Of a DNA stretch of 28,530 bases, positions 1 through 8,403 are shown piece by piece. Under the pieces are notes generated by a model. It saw only the letters and a list, made by a program, of their open reading frames with translations, was not told where the DNA came from and searched no databases. The stretch is from a virus (taxonomy: Duplodnaviria > Caudoviricetes), in IMG/VR virus record IMGVR_UViG_3300014885_000011, positions 1 to 28,530 of that record; one strand, written 5' to 3'. The position numbers were made by a program, and so were the translations under genes. Positions within the stretch are counted from its first letter, which is position 1; every line of letters starts with the position of its first letter.

Positions 1-382
1 CCTGCGGTGTGACGGTATCCAAGAAGGCCGCTTCGATGACAGAAGCAAGCTTGCTCATCGCGGGTTCGATATGCCGTGAGGTAAAGTCCTCGATTTCCAG
101 CGACAGCTCTTCAGCCGAGAAACCCATCGTAACCCAATTGCGATTCGCCATCACAAGGTCGACGCTCTTCTCCGTAACATCGCTAACCGTTACGGTCTTG
201 CCGGTGCCGGTCAGATACTCGTTGGGCAGCCTCAGCTTCAGCGTGTTACCGATCTTGCCGGATTCCGACATGAAGTCGTCATCGTAGCTGCGGTTGACCT
301 GGCTGATGATTGTCAGTTTTTCATGCAAAACCGCTAGCGCGGTACGTGTGATTTTGGTAGGGGTGATAAGGGCGTTAGGCAT
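1..382 (-). CDS. P22-like major capsid (coat) protein, N-terminal part; runs off the window edge
   Basis: Translated by hand from ATG at 382: MPNALITPTKITRTALAVLHEKLTIISQVNRSYDDDFMSESGKIGNTLKLRLP..., matching the VNRxYDxxF...KIGxTLxxRLP pattern of P22 gp5-type coats. Directly follows portal and scaffold. Not in the ORF track because it has no stop in the window. Confidence 0.88.
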   Translation of the reverse strand, partial: MPNALITPTKITRTALAVLHEKLTIISQVNRSYDDDFMSESGKIGNTLKLRLPNEYLTGTGKTVTVSDVTEKSVDLVMANRNWVTMGFSAEELSLEIEDFTSRHIEPAMSKLASVIEAAFLDTVTPQ

Positions 383-409
383 TTCAGCAATCCTTTAAGT
401 GTAAAGCAT

Positions 410-1261
410 CTACCACGACTTGCCCGCTGCGCGACGCTTCTGAAATTCGCGCTTCCATCTGTCGGGCGATATCTTGTCGGAAAGGCCGGAACTTTCAGCT
501 TGACCCGTGCCCGACGTGGTAACAGGCGGTGTAGGCGCCTTGGATTTGGTAGCTGGCGCTAAGCTGCCATTCTTGGCCATCGGAGCGGCCATGGCACCCA
601 GCGCCATCGCGAGTTGAAGACCGGACATGTTGTTGAGGCGTCTAACTTCCGCAGGGTTTTGGGCAAGGTGATACAGCAAATAAGGCCCCTCTTCGGATGC
701 CTTAATCATGCTTAGCAGTTCGTTGCTGCCGGCAACAGTCGAAGCGCTGACCACGTCATGAAAATCCGGAACCTCTTCAGAGAATGCGCTAACAGAGTCT
801 GCCCAATGTGTATTAACTGCTTGGGCCAAGTTGACCTCGGCCTGCTTGCGCTCAGCCTCCGTGCTGCCTTGCTTCTGTTTGCTCAGTGCCTGTTCGAGCG
901 CATGCGCGATGTTGGCCTGCATGTATTCGCCGAAGTCCTGATATTTCGCGATGTCCGGTGGAGCTTTTGGCGCGTCTTGGCCGCCGGCAGCAGCCGGCTG
1001 ACTCAAGCTTTGCAGACGTTCAGCCGCCATTCTCAGGTTCGCGCGTGCTTCATTGCGTTGCGCGCGCAACCGGCTTACGCCCTTCTCCAGTCTTTCAATG
1101 CGCTTTGCGGCCTCCAGTTCCTCAGGCGTTTTCTGGACAGCTTGCGCTTCCTCACCCTCAGCCTGCTGTACCGCGGTAGCCTCAACTTGCTGCTCTTGCC
1201 CTTCTACCTGCGGCTGCTCGCCTTGCGGCTGCTCGCCTTGTACCTGTCCTTCTTCAGCCAT
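410..1261 (-). CDS. Capsid scaffolding protein
   Basis: Lies between portal and coat. Q/E-rich low-complexity N-terminus, coiled coil, a PDFHDVV...GPYLLYHLAQNP segment typical of P22-like scaffolds, and a basic C-terminus. Confidence 0.8.
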   Translation of the reverse strand: MAEEGQVQGEQPQGEQPQVEGQEQQVEATAVQQAEGEEAQAVQKTPEELEAAKRIERLEKGVSRLRAQRNEARANLRMAAERLQSLSQPAAAGGQDAPKAPPDIAKYQDFGEYMQANIAHALEQALSKQKQGSTEAERKQAEVNLAQAVNTHWADSVSAFSEEVPDFHDVVSASTVAGSNELLSMIKASEEGPYLLYHLAQNPAEVRRLNNMSGLQLAMALGAMAAPMAKNGSLAPATKSKAPTPPVTTSGTGQAESSGLSDKISPDRWKREFQKRRAAGKSW

Positions 1262-1268
1262 TTGCTTT

Positions 1269-3416
1269 TTACCCTTGAGGGAAAACTGAATCTGCCGATT
1301 GCCCCGGCAGTTGGGTTTCGCCTTGCGGCATCATGCCTGGTTGCTGCATGCCTGGTTGCTGCATGGGTTGCTGCGGCATGCTCGGCGCCAACAGCCCGGT
1401 GCTCATCAAAAAGTCCTGCATGGTGCTTGCAACTACCGTTTGAACCTGTTCGGCAGAGAGCGCCGTACCCATGACCTTAATCCGTGCAGTATTGGCTTCG
1501 TCCTGCTTGATGTCAAGTTCTCTTGACTTATTCGTAAGTTGCGCTTGCAGCTCTTGCAGCTTGGGTACGATTTGCTGCATCGCCTGATTAAGCTGCTGAT
1601 TCTGCTGCGCCGCCTGCATGAGCTGTTGTTTAAGCGACTCGGGGTCGTTAGGCGAATTCTCAAGCTGTTGGATGGGCGGTGGCAACAACGTACGAAGCCG
1701 TTTCGCGATTCTGTCAGCATACGGCCAGTCCATGGCTTGAAACACCAGATCGCCCACCACACTGAAGAGCTGCGCGTTACCCCGCGTCATCTCCACAAGC
1801 GCTGCGACCGCTTCCTCGCGCTTGGTCGTGTAGCTGGGCCCGCTCTCGATCGCGACATCGTACGCCCCGAAGCTCGGGTTGAATATCTGCATGCCGGTCG
1901 CTGGATTGCGTTCATAAGCCTTGTCCATTTCCGGATTTATGCCCACCATTTCAGCCTGCCCGTCTTCCCCAACTATGCGCCGGATGCCTTGCGTATCGTA
2001 GTACGTCGGTATGGTCTCGATAACAATACGCCCGAGATGTGCGATAGAGAGCTGCTGATTAGCTGTGTAATGGAAGACCGATGTGTCGGCTTCCGCATTG
2101 CGCGCCATGATGGCCTTACCGCTACGCTCGTTGCTTGGCGCGCCGACGGAACTGTTGTACATGCCCAATCCGCTCTGAATGTCCGCACGCGCAACCTGAG
2201 CCATCTGTTGCCATCCTGAGATAACAGGCGGCTGAGCGCGCTGCGGCGCAGGAATAGAGGAACCATCCGGGTACGATTTCGGCTCATACTCCAAGTAGGG
2301 AATATTCTTGATGTTAGCGCTCTTCCATTCATTCTCATGTCCTTTGAATTGCCCAGCTGCGCCGATGTAAGGCGCCTTGGGCGCAAGGCTGATGTACTCA
2401 ATGTCCGCATTGCGGGCGTAGTTGTAAGCCATCTGCCCATCACGAGCGGGTTGCACCATGCCTTGCAAAACGCGTCTATCCTCGACAAAATACTCGGTGC
2501 CGATGATAGGCACGACAGGAACATATTGCGACTTAAAGATGGTGCGGTGAAGCACCGCGCCAGCGCATATCGTGTCCCATGCCACACACTTGCGACGCTT
2601 GAAGTCTTCCGGACGAGTAATCGGTCCTTCATCGTAACTCTCGTCAGTGTCGTCGAGCAACGCATTCTCATCTTCGCCGCCCTTAACGACGACCCCAGGC
2701 TCGGGCTTGTCGTTCTCTTCCTCTTCCTCATACACCCACAGAAACTCGGCAACAACTATCTCGGTCTCCGTCGCCCACTCCGGATAGGAGCTGTCCCAGC
2801 CGGAAACGTCGATTCCAGGCCACCGACGTTCGAACAGCTTTTTACGATACCGCTGTAGTACGAACGCATAAGCCATGTCCGAGCCATCAGGCTCGATCCA
2901 GCTCGGATCAGTGTAGACAGCGCGGTAGAACGGCAGACGCACAATGCGCAGCTCTTGGATGTTGCGTTCAACATCGATAGTTTTCGGCACCAGGCGCATA
3001 AACCCAAGCCCGTGCTGCGCGGCAGCGTCTAGCGCCGTGTCGTAAGCCACGTGCGCGCGAGACTGATACTCGATATTGCGCACAAGACCGTCAAGTATCT
3101 GAGCTCCTGCTTCCGATGCCTTGCTATTGACTGGCTTCGTCTTGATCGAAGGGCGATTACGCCGTCCATCGTTTACTGTTTGGCGTATGTATTGGTTGAT
3201 TTGATCGAACACCAGACAAGGCCGCGGATCGGTAGCGTCTTGCCTTGCGGCCTTGATCTGGTCAGGCCATTGGTCGAGCGCGCGAAAGCGAGCGCATTCG
3301 TCGAATTCCTCATAGATCGGATCCCAATACTCTTTCGAGTCATCGAAGCATTCGCGAGCGAATTCCAGCAGCTTACGATCTTCCGCCGACGCCCGATATT
3401 TCCTTGTCTTAGCCAT
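1269..3416 (-). CDS. P22-like portal protein
   Basis: 715 aa with DQWP...RPCL..DQI, SGKAIMAR and YDVAIESGPSYTTKREEA motifs and a Q-rich helical C-terminus (barrel). Confidence 0.93.
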   Translation of the reverse strand: MAKTRKYRASAEDRKLLEFARECFDDSKEYWDPIYEEFDECARFRALDQWPDQIKAARQDATDPRPCLVFDQINQYIRQTVNDGRRNRPSIKTKPVNSKASEAGAQILDGLVRNIEYQSRAHVAYDTALDAAAQHGLGFMRLVPKTIDVERNIQELRIVRLPFYRAVYTDPSWIEPDGSDMAYAFVLQRYRKKLFERRWPGIDVSGWDSSYPEWATETEIVVAEFLWVYEEEEENDKPEPGVVVKGGEDENALLDDTDESYDEGPITRPEDFKRRKCVAWDTICAGAVLHRTIFKSQYVPVVPIIGTEYFVEDRRVLQGMVQPARDGQMAYNYARNADIEYISLAPKAPYIGAAGQFKGHENEWKSANIKNIPYLEYEPKSYPDGSSIPAPQRAQPPVISGWQQMAQVARADIQSGLGMYNSSVGAPSNERSGKAIMARNAEADTSVFHYTANQQLSIAHLGRIVIETIPTYYDTQGIRRIVGEDGQAEMVGINPEMDKAYERNPATGMQIFNPSFGAYDVAIESGPSYTTKREEAVAALVEMTRGNAQLFSVVGDLVFQAMDWPYADRIAKRLRTLLPPPIQQLENSPNDPESLKQQLMQAAQQNQQLNQAMQQIVPKLQELQAQLTNKSRELDIKQDEANTARIKVMGTALSAEQVQTVVASTMQDFLMSTGLLAPSMPQQPMQQPGMQQPGMMPQGETQLPGQSADSVFPQG

Positions 3417-3430
3417 GATTCGCTTCCTCG

Positions 3431-4201
3431 CTATTCGAATAGCGCATAGTCCTGCTCAGCAAGCTCGCAAAGCACGCCACACTGAGGCACTAAATCGTTA
3501 CGGCGCGCTTTACCCGCAGGGATTTCTCGAAGGCTGTAGCGCTTGCCTGTTTTGCGGTTGCGAAATAGATAGGCGTTTTCACCAATATCTTCTTCTACCG
3601 CCGCTAGCTTTTCAAACTGCTCTGGAAAATCTTCACGAATAGCACGGAAATACCCCTCTCCGCCCTTCACACACCCGACACAGTTTGCGTTGCTGTAGCC
3701 GAGTCGATACATCAGCGGAAGCTGAATACCTGCACGTTCCAGCATTGCTTTGCAATTTTCTTTGGTAAGGCCGGCATCGACTAAAGGCGCAATAGCTGGG
3801 CGATTCGGGTTGCGCTCTTGAAAATCTTCAAAGCGCTCAATTTCTTCTACTGTATAGCCGAACACCATTACGTCTCCTGGAAGATTGAATTTGTCCAATA
3901 CCCGTCGCTTCAGAACGCTTGAACACTTCGCCCCGTACCTGCTCTTGATAAAACGGTTCTGTTTGAACACCTCAATCGTGCTCGCGCCATATTTCTCGTC
4001 GCGCAGCAGCGCTATAGTTCGCCCGAACCAACGCTCGCAATCGGCCAAGAAGCGTCGATTATCCTCGTGTTCCTCTTCGATGTAGGCGTTAACGATCTCG
4101 CAGCGATCCCCATACTTAGATAGCGCAAGCTTTGTTGCCACAGCGGACGCAGCGCCGCAGGAGAATTGACACACTACTCGCGTAATTCTCTTGTCTGTCA
4201 T
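3431..4201 (-). CDS. PAPS reductase-like / PP-loop (adenine nucleotide alpha hydrolase) family protein with Cys motifs
   Basis: FSCGAASAVA PP-loop variant, EEHEDNRRFL, GAKCSSVLKR, MYRLGYSNANCVGCVKGG and C-terminal CGVLCE. Start overlaps the TerL stop. Confidence 0.8.
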   Translation of the reverse strand: MTDKRITRVVCQFSCGAASAVATKLALSKYGDRCEIVNAYIEEEHEDNRRFLADCERWFGRTIALLRDEKYGASTIEVFKQNRFIKSRYGAKCSSVLKRRVLDKFNLPGDVMVFGYTVEEIERFEDFQERNPNRPAIAPLVDAGLTKENCKAMLERAGIQLPLMYRLGYSNANCVGCVKGGEGYFRAIREDFPEQFEKLAAVEEDIGENAYLFRNRKTGKRYSLREIPAGKARRNDLVPQCGVLCELAEQDYALFE

Positions 4202-5718
4202 CTCGCCATCCAGCCGGTTTCCCGAGAAGCGGCGCCACTGTTGCGTTCACGTTTCTGCTTGTCAGGCAAAGCCGTTAGCGGCGCAGCAATGTTACGCCCT
4301 GTCATCACGAAATAGCGCTTTGCGTCCATCAGGTGGTCGTTCTTCTTCACTACGTTTCCTTTCTCGTCGCGTTGGTAGACCCTGAATTCCGCGCGAAAAT
4401 GCTGCAGGATGCTGAACACCTTCAGCCGCCCCTCGGCGTAAAGCTCCCAAGTCTCGGTCAGCCCCGTAAAGACCGAATTGTTGGCTATCTGCAGATTCAA
4501 CCCCAAATCGCAATACTGCTGAATAAGTTGCACGCCGTCTCTCTGGCCCCTGCCGCGCGACGCGGGGTCGATACAGCCTGGCATGCGCTTACCCCTCGCG
4601 TTGATAGCGGCTGCATGAACAGAAGGCTCGGCATGCTCCTGGTAGTGCTCGCTGTAGAGATACCAGATGCCGTCCGAGGGGCTTTGCGCGCCGAACACGG
4701 CAGCCGTCACTTTCCAGCCCACGTCCAGCCCGTAAGCATGCGGCCATGTCTTGGGTATCGCGAAAGGCTCGACAAGTATCTCGCTCTCAGGTATCGGGTA
4801 GATTGCCCCTGCCCCCAGCCTAGGCCACCCCTTCGTGCGTGCGTCGCGCTGAAAGGGCGGTATCGTTTTGCTGTACTCGACTTTAGCAGCCTCGGACAGA
4901 TGCGGTACGTCATCCCAGCCGATGCACAGCCCATACATACCCGTGTGATCCGCATCGACACCGAACAGATTGTCGTAGTAGCCGACATCGCCCCCGGGGA
5001 AGAACTGCTGCACGACCTCGGAGATGCCTTGCAGCGGCGTGAACGTGAGCATCACGATACCGTTACACGTCATCGTGCGTAGCAGGCACTCCGTGTAGAT
5101 CGCCAAAGAGGGTTCCTCATCCAGCAGAATAACGTCCTGCTCGGTCCCTTCGAACGCTCCCGCGCCTTGCTCATAGCTTTTGAGCATGATGTGGTTGAGA
5201 TAGCCATCCTTGTGCTTGATGTAGATCGACTCTACGGCGTCCGTAGCGCCCCCTGAGCGCACCACACGGTGGATACACTCGGCAGGTAGCAGCCCGGTCC
5301 CCCACGAGCCTGGCTGCCCTAGAAGCTTGTCCTGGATAATCTCACGTACCGTCTGATTCGTGCGCCCGGCAACCCAGATGCGCAACGGCTTCGCGAATAC
5401 GCGCCCCCGCCACCAATCCGGATACCAGCCGGTTGCGGCAGCAACGATGAAATACAGCCCGACAGAGTACGTCTTGCCTATACGGTTAGCCCCCAGCACC
5501 GCGAGCTGACGGGCGGTGCCCGTCATCTCCAAGGCGTGCATATGCTTGGGGTAGAGCTCGCGCCTTAAAGGACCTTCAGCGGGGTAGAGCTCGGTAAACT
5601 TACGCTCGCGCTTGCGTCGTTCCTTCTCTTGCAGCGCGTGGATAGCCTGAAGTCGCGCCAATCGGTGTGTAGGGTCAGCCGGAGTGTGCGCGACGACTTC
5701 GATGTCGGAAAGATTCAC
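4198..5718 (-). CDS. terL: Terminase large subunit, P22 gp2-like
   Basis: Walker A GANRIGKT, Walker B ILLDEEP, motif III LTFTP, nuclease GLDVGW and NDHLMDAKRY. Confidence 0.95.
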   Translation of the reverse strand: MNLSDIEVVAHTPADPTHRLARLQAIHALQEKERRKRERKFTELYPAEGPLRRELYPKHMHALEMTGTARQLAVLGANRIGKTYSVGLYFIVAAATGWYPDWWRGRVFAKPLRIWVAGRTNQTVREIIQDKLLGQPGSWGTGLLPAECIHRVVRSGGATDAVESIYIKHKDGYLNHIMLKSYEQGAGAFEGTEQDVILLDEEPSLAIYTECLLRTMTCNGIVMLTFTPLQGISEVVQQFFPGGDVGYYDNLFGVDADHTGMYGLCIGWDDVPHLSEAAKVEYSKTIPPFQRDARTKGWPRLGAGAIYPIPESEILVEPFAIPKTWPHAYGLDVGWKVTAAVFGAQSPSDGIWYLYSEHYQEHAEPSVHAAAINARGKRMPGCIDPASRGRGQRDGVQLIQQYCDLGLNLQIANNSVFTGLTETWELYAEGRLKVFSILQHFRAEFRVYQRDEKGNVVKKNDHLMDAKRYFVMTGRNIAAPLTALPDKQKRERNSGAASRETGWMAR

Positions 5719-5744
5719 TGCGGGAGTGTAACTCGTGGAAGCAG

Positions 5745-5775
5745 AAAAGAAAAACCCCGCTTTTTTGGGCGGGGC
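5745..5775 (-). terminator. Rho-independent terminator after the beta-helix gene, directly upstream of terL
   Basis: Minus strand reads CCCCGC-ccaaaaaa-GCGGGG-TTTTTCTTTT. Confidence 0.8.
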
Positions 5776-5798
5776 TAAATTCCAGCAGGAGAAAAACG

Positions 5799-6749
5799 TT
5801 ATGGCGTGATCTTGTAGTTCTCGCCGCGGTACAGCGCCCGCAGCGATAACGTCTCAAGCGTTACAACCCGCCCAGTAAGCGCGTTGAGCGCCTGTATCAG
5901 CGCCGCCAGATCGCCCGGCGTCGGTGGGGGTGGTGGAGTCGGATCAGGCGGAGGCGGTGGAGGAGTCGTGCCGTCGATTGGAAAGGTAAAAGGATCGATG
6001 TCGGCAAGCGCCGACAGGTCCGCTTTGAGGGTGTTCGTACCGGTAAAGCTGCCTTTGGCGATCCATATGGGGTCGAATGCGCCGTTCGCACGCCGCCAGT
6101 CGATCTGATTGCCATCGATCACGTTGCCAGTGCCTGGATTGCCTCCCCCGAACTGGATACCGACCGCCACCCAGGTCTCGTTCGGCGCTGCATGAGCATA
6201 GACGCGGTTGTTGCGCAGCCTGTTGCGCGAACCGCCCCAAATCGAGATGCCGTAGTGTCCTGGCGCGACGAGCACGTTATCGTGGATGTCGTTATCGTCG
6301 CATGGGTTGTTGGTGTTCTCGCCGCACATCAGCCCGCCACCGGAAGCCGACGGGCCACCGCCGCGGAAGACGTTGTAAGCGACTTCAAAACCGCTGGATT
6401 CGTAGATGCTGACGAGATCTTCCGGATTGCTCTTGCCGGGTTCCATCAAGCCTCGATTGCGCAGAATCTTGCCACCCGTGCACTTGTCGGCCTGAAAGAA
6501 ATTGCCGCGCCCTCTGATGCGATCGAGGTTGCGAACAGTGCAGTCCAACACTTGCGTATTAGTTGACCGATGGACGTAGACGCCGTTGCCGCAGTCGATG
6601 AAGCGGCAGGTACGAACGGTGAGATTGGCAATGCCGTCGCCGGCAAGGGCGTCCTTGTCGATGCCCTGGAACGTGCAGTTCTCGAAGATGTCCCCCGAGC
6701 TAGCCTTCTGCGATGATGCGGTAAAGGTCTTTCCAGAAATTAGCGCCAT
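5799..6749 (-). CDS. Right-handed parallel beta-helix protein (pectin lyase-like) with Pro-rich linker and short C-terminal helix
   Basis: Repeating N/G/I/D-rich coils (NLTVRTCRF, GGKILRNR, DNDIHDNVL, RNRLRNNRV, GNVIDGNQI) and a PPPPPPDPTPPPPPTP linker. AGGAG RBS upstream. Confidence 0.8.
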   Translation of the reverse strand: MALISGKTFTASSQKASSGDIFENCTFQGIDKDALAGDGIANLTVRTCRFIDCGNGVYVHRSTNTQVLDCTVRNLDRIRGRGNFFQADKCTGGKILRNRGLMEPGKSNPEDLVSIYESSGFEVAYNVFRGGGPSASGGGLMCGENTNNPCDDNDIHDNVLVAPGHYGISIWGGSRNRLRNNRVYAHAAPNETWVAVGIQFGGGNPGTGNVIDGNQIDWRRANGAFDPIWIAKGSFTGTNTLKADLSALADIDPFTFPIDGTTPPPPPPDPTPPPPPTPGDLAALIQALNALTGRVVTLETLSLRALYRGENYKITP

Positions 6750-6766
6750 AGCTTGCTACTCCTGTT

Positions 6767-6817
6767 GGGTTATTGGTGTGGGTTATTGGTGTGGGTTATT
6801 GGTGTGGGTAGTGGTGT
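6767..6817. repeat. 13-bp tandem repeat GGGTTATTGGTGT x3 plus one degenerate copy, in the 5' UTR of the beta-helix gene
   Basis: Copies at 6767, 6780 and 6793; GGGTAGTGGTGT at 6806. Confidence 0.92.
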
Positions 6818-6820
6818 GCC

Positions 6821-6829
6821 AACATAGCA
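6821..6829 (-). promoter_or_regulatory. Candidate extended -10 promoter for the beta-helix gene
   Basis: Minus strand TGcTATGTT (TGnTATAAT-like) just upstream of the repeat leader; no good -35. Confidence 0.4.
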
Positions 6830-6853
6830 CGAAAACAAGTACGCGAGAGAATT

Positions 6854-7189
6854 CTAGTCCCTTCGGTTGCTCGGTTGCGCCCACGTCGGTCTGAACCCCA
6901 TGCTGCGCATGAGATAGCGCGCGCCGCCCACGCTGTACTCAACCTTGAACTCCCGCTCAATTAGCCGCACCACCCTCTTGACCGACCAGCAATCGTCGGA
7001 GAAAGCGTTGCTCGCAGCGCCGGCCACGAGAAGGGCTGTCAGGCGGCGCTTCTGCTCGGGAGACAGATAGGAAACCCCGCGCTCGCACTGGCCCTGCGGG
7101 CCAGCGTGAAACCCCCATGCCGCGACCGCCTGTCGCGTAATGCCGAGCTCTTTCGCCACGTAGCCGCACGAGGCTCCTAATCGAAGCAT
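6854..7189 (-). CDS. IS630/Tc1-type tandem HTH DNA-binding domain without the DDE catalytic domain
   Basis: VAKELGITRQAVAAW...LSPEQKRRL..LL..GA....F..DCWSVKRVVRLIEREFKVEYS......LMRSMGF matches the N-terminal half of IS630 transposases. No DDE ORF follows. Confidence 0.75.
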   Translation of the reverse strand: MLRLGASCGYVAKELGITRQAVAAWGFHAGPQGQCERGVSYLSPEQKRRLTALLVAGAASNAFSDDCWSVKRVVRLIEREFKVEYSVGGARYLMRSMGFRPTWAQPSNRRD

Positions 7190-7211
7190 GGCAATGCCGG
7201 TGGCCTTGCGC

Positions 7212-7925
7212 CTATTCGTCGTCGTCGTCGTCGTCTTCCTGGTCTATCGTTCGGCCTGGGGGCGGGGGCGGTAAGCGCGTGCGCACCCCAACGGCGGAAA
7301 GCTTCTCCATTATTATCTCGTCGAGTTCCTTGTCGGAGAGCTCGGCGTACTTTATCTCCAAGCCCCCCTTCATGGTGACATCAAGGCGCTCTCTTGCGTA
7401 AATCTCCGGTTTAGCGCCCTTCATGAGAAATTGCGCATTGCTGTCGGAGTACTCGACGACATGACCGCAAATGTCGCCCTTGTAGAACACCGGGCGGCGG
7501 ACCCCCTTGAACGCTCGGCGCCGCATCTCGTCTTCCTGCGCCTCGATCCCGATGAGCATGGCGTCGTCCCAGCGCTGCCTGAACGCCGGATCGGATCGGC
7601 GCTTTGAATACAGCGCTGCCCTGGAGAGCTGGGTAAGCTGCGCAGCGGCAGCGGCATTGCCGAGCGCCCCAAGAGCGTTCATGAAGGCCGCTATCCGTTC
7701 CTGCGTCAGGGGAAGGGTATGAGCGACGAGGCCTTGCGCAAGCGCCTTGGAGAGGCTGGAGGGCGTGGTTTGAACGGCCTCGCCGAACAGGTCGAGAACT
7801 TCCGGATTATTCGACGTAATCAGCCCTTCTTGATCCTCGTATTCGAGCCCGAACAGAGCGTCGTCGGTCGGGTTTTCCTCGGCGAATATCTCATCCAACG
7901 GCGTCAGGTCGACAAGCGTTTTCAC
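7212..7925 (-). CDS. terS: Terminase small subunit
   Basis: HTH FMNALGALGNAAAAAQLTQLSRAALYSKRRSDPAFRQRWDDA, then EDEMRRRAFKG...PVFYKG...EYSD...FLMKG..PEIY, typical of TerS. Upstream of terL. Confidence 0.85.
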   Translation of the reverse strand: MKTLVDLTPLDEIFAEENPTDDALFGLEYEDQEGLITSNNPEVLDLFGEAVQTTPSSLSKALAQGLVAHTLPLTQERIAAFMNALGALGNAAAAAQLTQLSRAALYSKRRSDPAFRQRWDDAMLIGIEAQEDEMRRRAFKGVRRPVFYKGDICGHVVEYSDSNAQFLMKGAKPEIYARERLDVTMKGGLEIKYAELSDKELDEIIMEKLSAVGVRTRLPPPPPGRTIDQEDDDDDDE

Positions 7926-8152
7926 GTTCTTCCAAGTACCTTCTTGGCTTCTAAAAGGTCTGTGTCGTCAATACTGCCTTCCAGGTACAGGTACGCCAGA
8001 ATCGCAGTAGATAACGGCACAACACGAGCGTTCTCATAACGAGAGCCCCCTGACTGCGTGACACCGAGGCGCCGCCAGAACTCGTCTTGCGAGAGCTCTT
8101 CGGCGTAGCGATGTGCTTTGACCTCTTCAGCCAGGTCGTATTTTCTTGCCAT
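7922..8152 (-). CDS. RsaL-like XRE/HTH transcriptional regulator
   Basis: SQDEFWRRLGVTQSGGSRYENARVVPLSTAILAYLYLEGSIDD aligns without gaps to P. aeruginosa RsaL as recalled (SQETFWSRFGISQSCGSRFENGENLPFPIYLLLHFYIEGQITD). ATG at 8152 has an AAGGGG RBS (ORF track starts at 8179). Stop overlaps the terS start (GTGA). Confidence 0.8.
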   Translation of the reverse strand: MARKYDLAEEVKAHRYAEELSQDEFWRRLGVTQSGGSRYENARVVPLSTAILAYLYLEGSIDDTDLLEAKKVLGRT

Positions 8153-8215
8153 GAACTTCCCCTTGAAAAATTGAAGCATATGGCAAGTCGTAGAGGATTA
8201 CAAGAGGCATCGCTT

Positions 8216-8403
8216 AGTGCTGTTAGCATAAACTCTCTTCGCTCAATGCTGTTAGCATAAACTCTCTTCGCTCAATGCTGTTAGCATAAACTCTCTTCGC
8301 TAAAAACGTAATGCTGTTAGCATAAACTCTCTTCGCTCAATGCTGTTAGCATAAACTCTCTTCGCTCAATGCTGTTAGCATAAACTCTCTTCGCTAAAAA
8401 CGT
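8216..8403. repeat. Six-copy tandem array of AATGCTGTTAGCATAAACTCTCTTCGCT(C), arranged as (29+29+36 bp) x2
   Basis: Copies start at 8216, 8245, 8274, 8310, 8339 and 8368. Copies 3 and 6 end in AAAAACGT. Each holds the palindrome ATGCT-N3-AGCAT (GTGCT in copy 1). No spacers. Confidence 0.97.

Noticed and set aside
758-5082. Long plus-strand ORFs opposite scaffold, portal and terL (also 24029-24769 and 27365-27856)
   Set aside because: Antisense shadows of GC-rich coding genes, without RBS or recognisable motifs.
6854-7189. Active IS630 element
   Set aside because: No DDE domain in the following sequence and no evident terminal inverted repeats.
7250-7275. +1 frameshift at the TerS poly-Pro run, driven by the phage tRNA-Pro, to fuse TerS with the HTH
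   Set aside because: The +1 frame meets a TAG just after the Pro codons, so a shift there cannot reach the HTH.
8216-8403. 29-bp repeats as a CRISPR array
   Set aside because: Repeats are head-to-tail with no unique spacers, and there is no cas operon. The Cas4-like DUF2800 is a standard replication-module gene.
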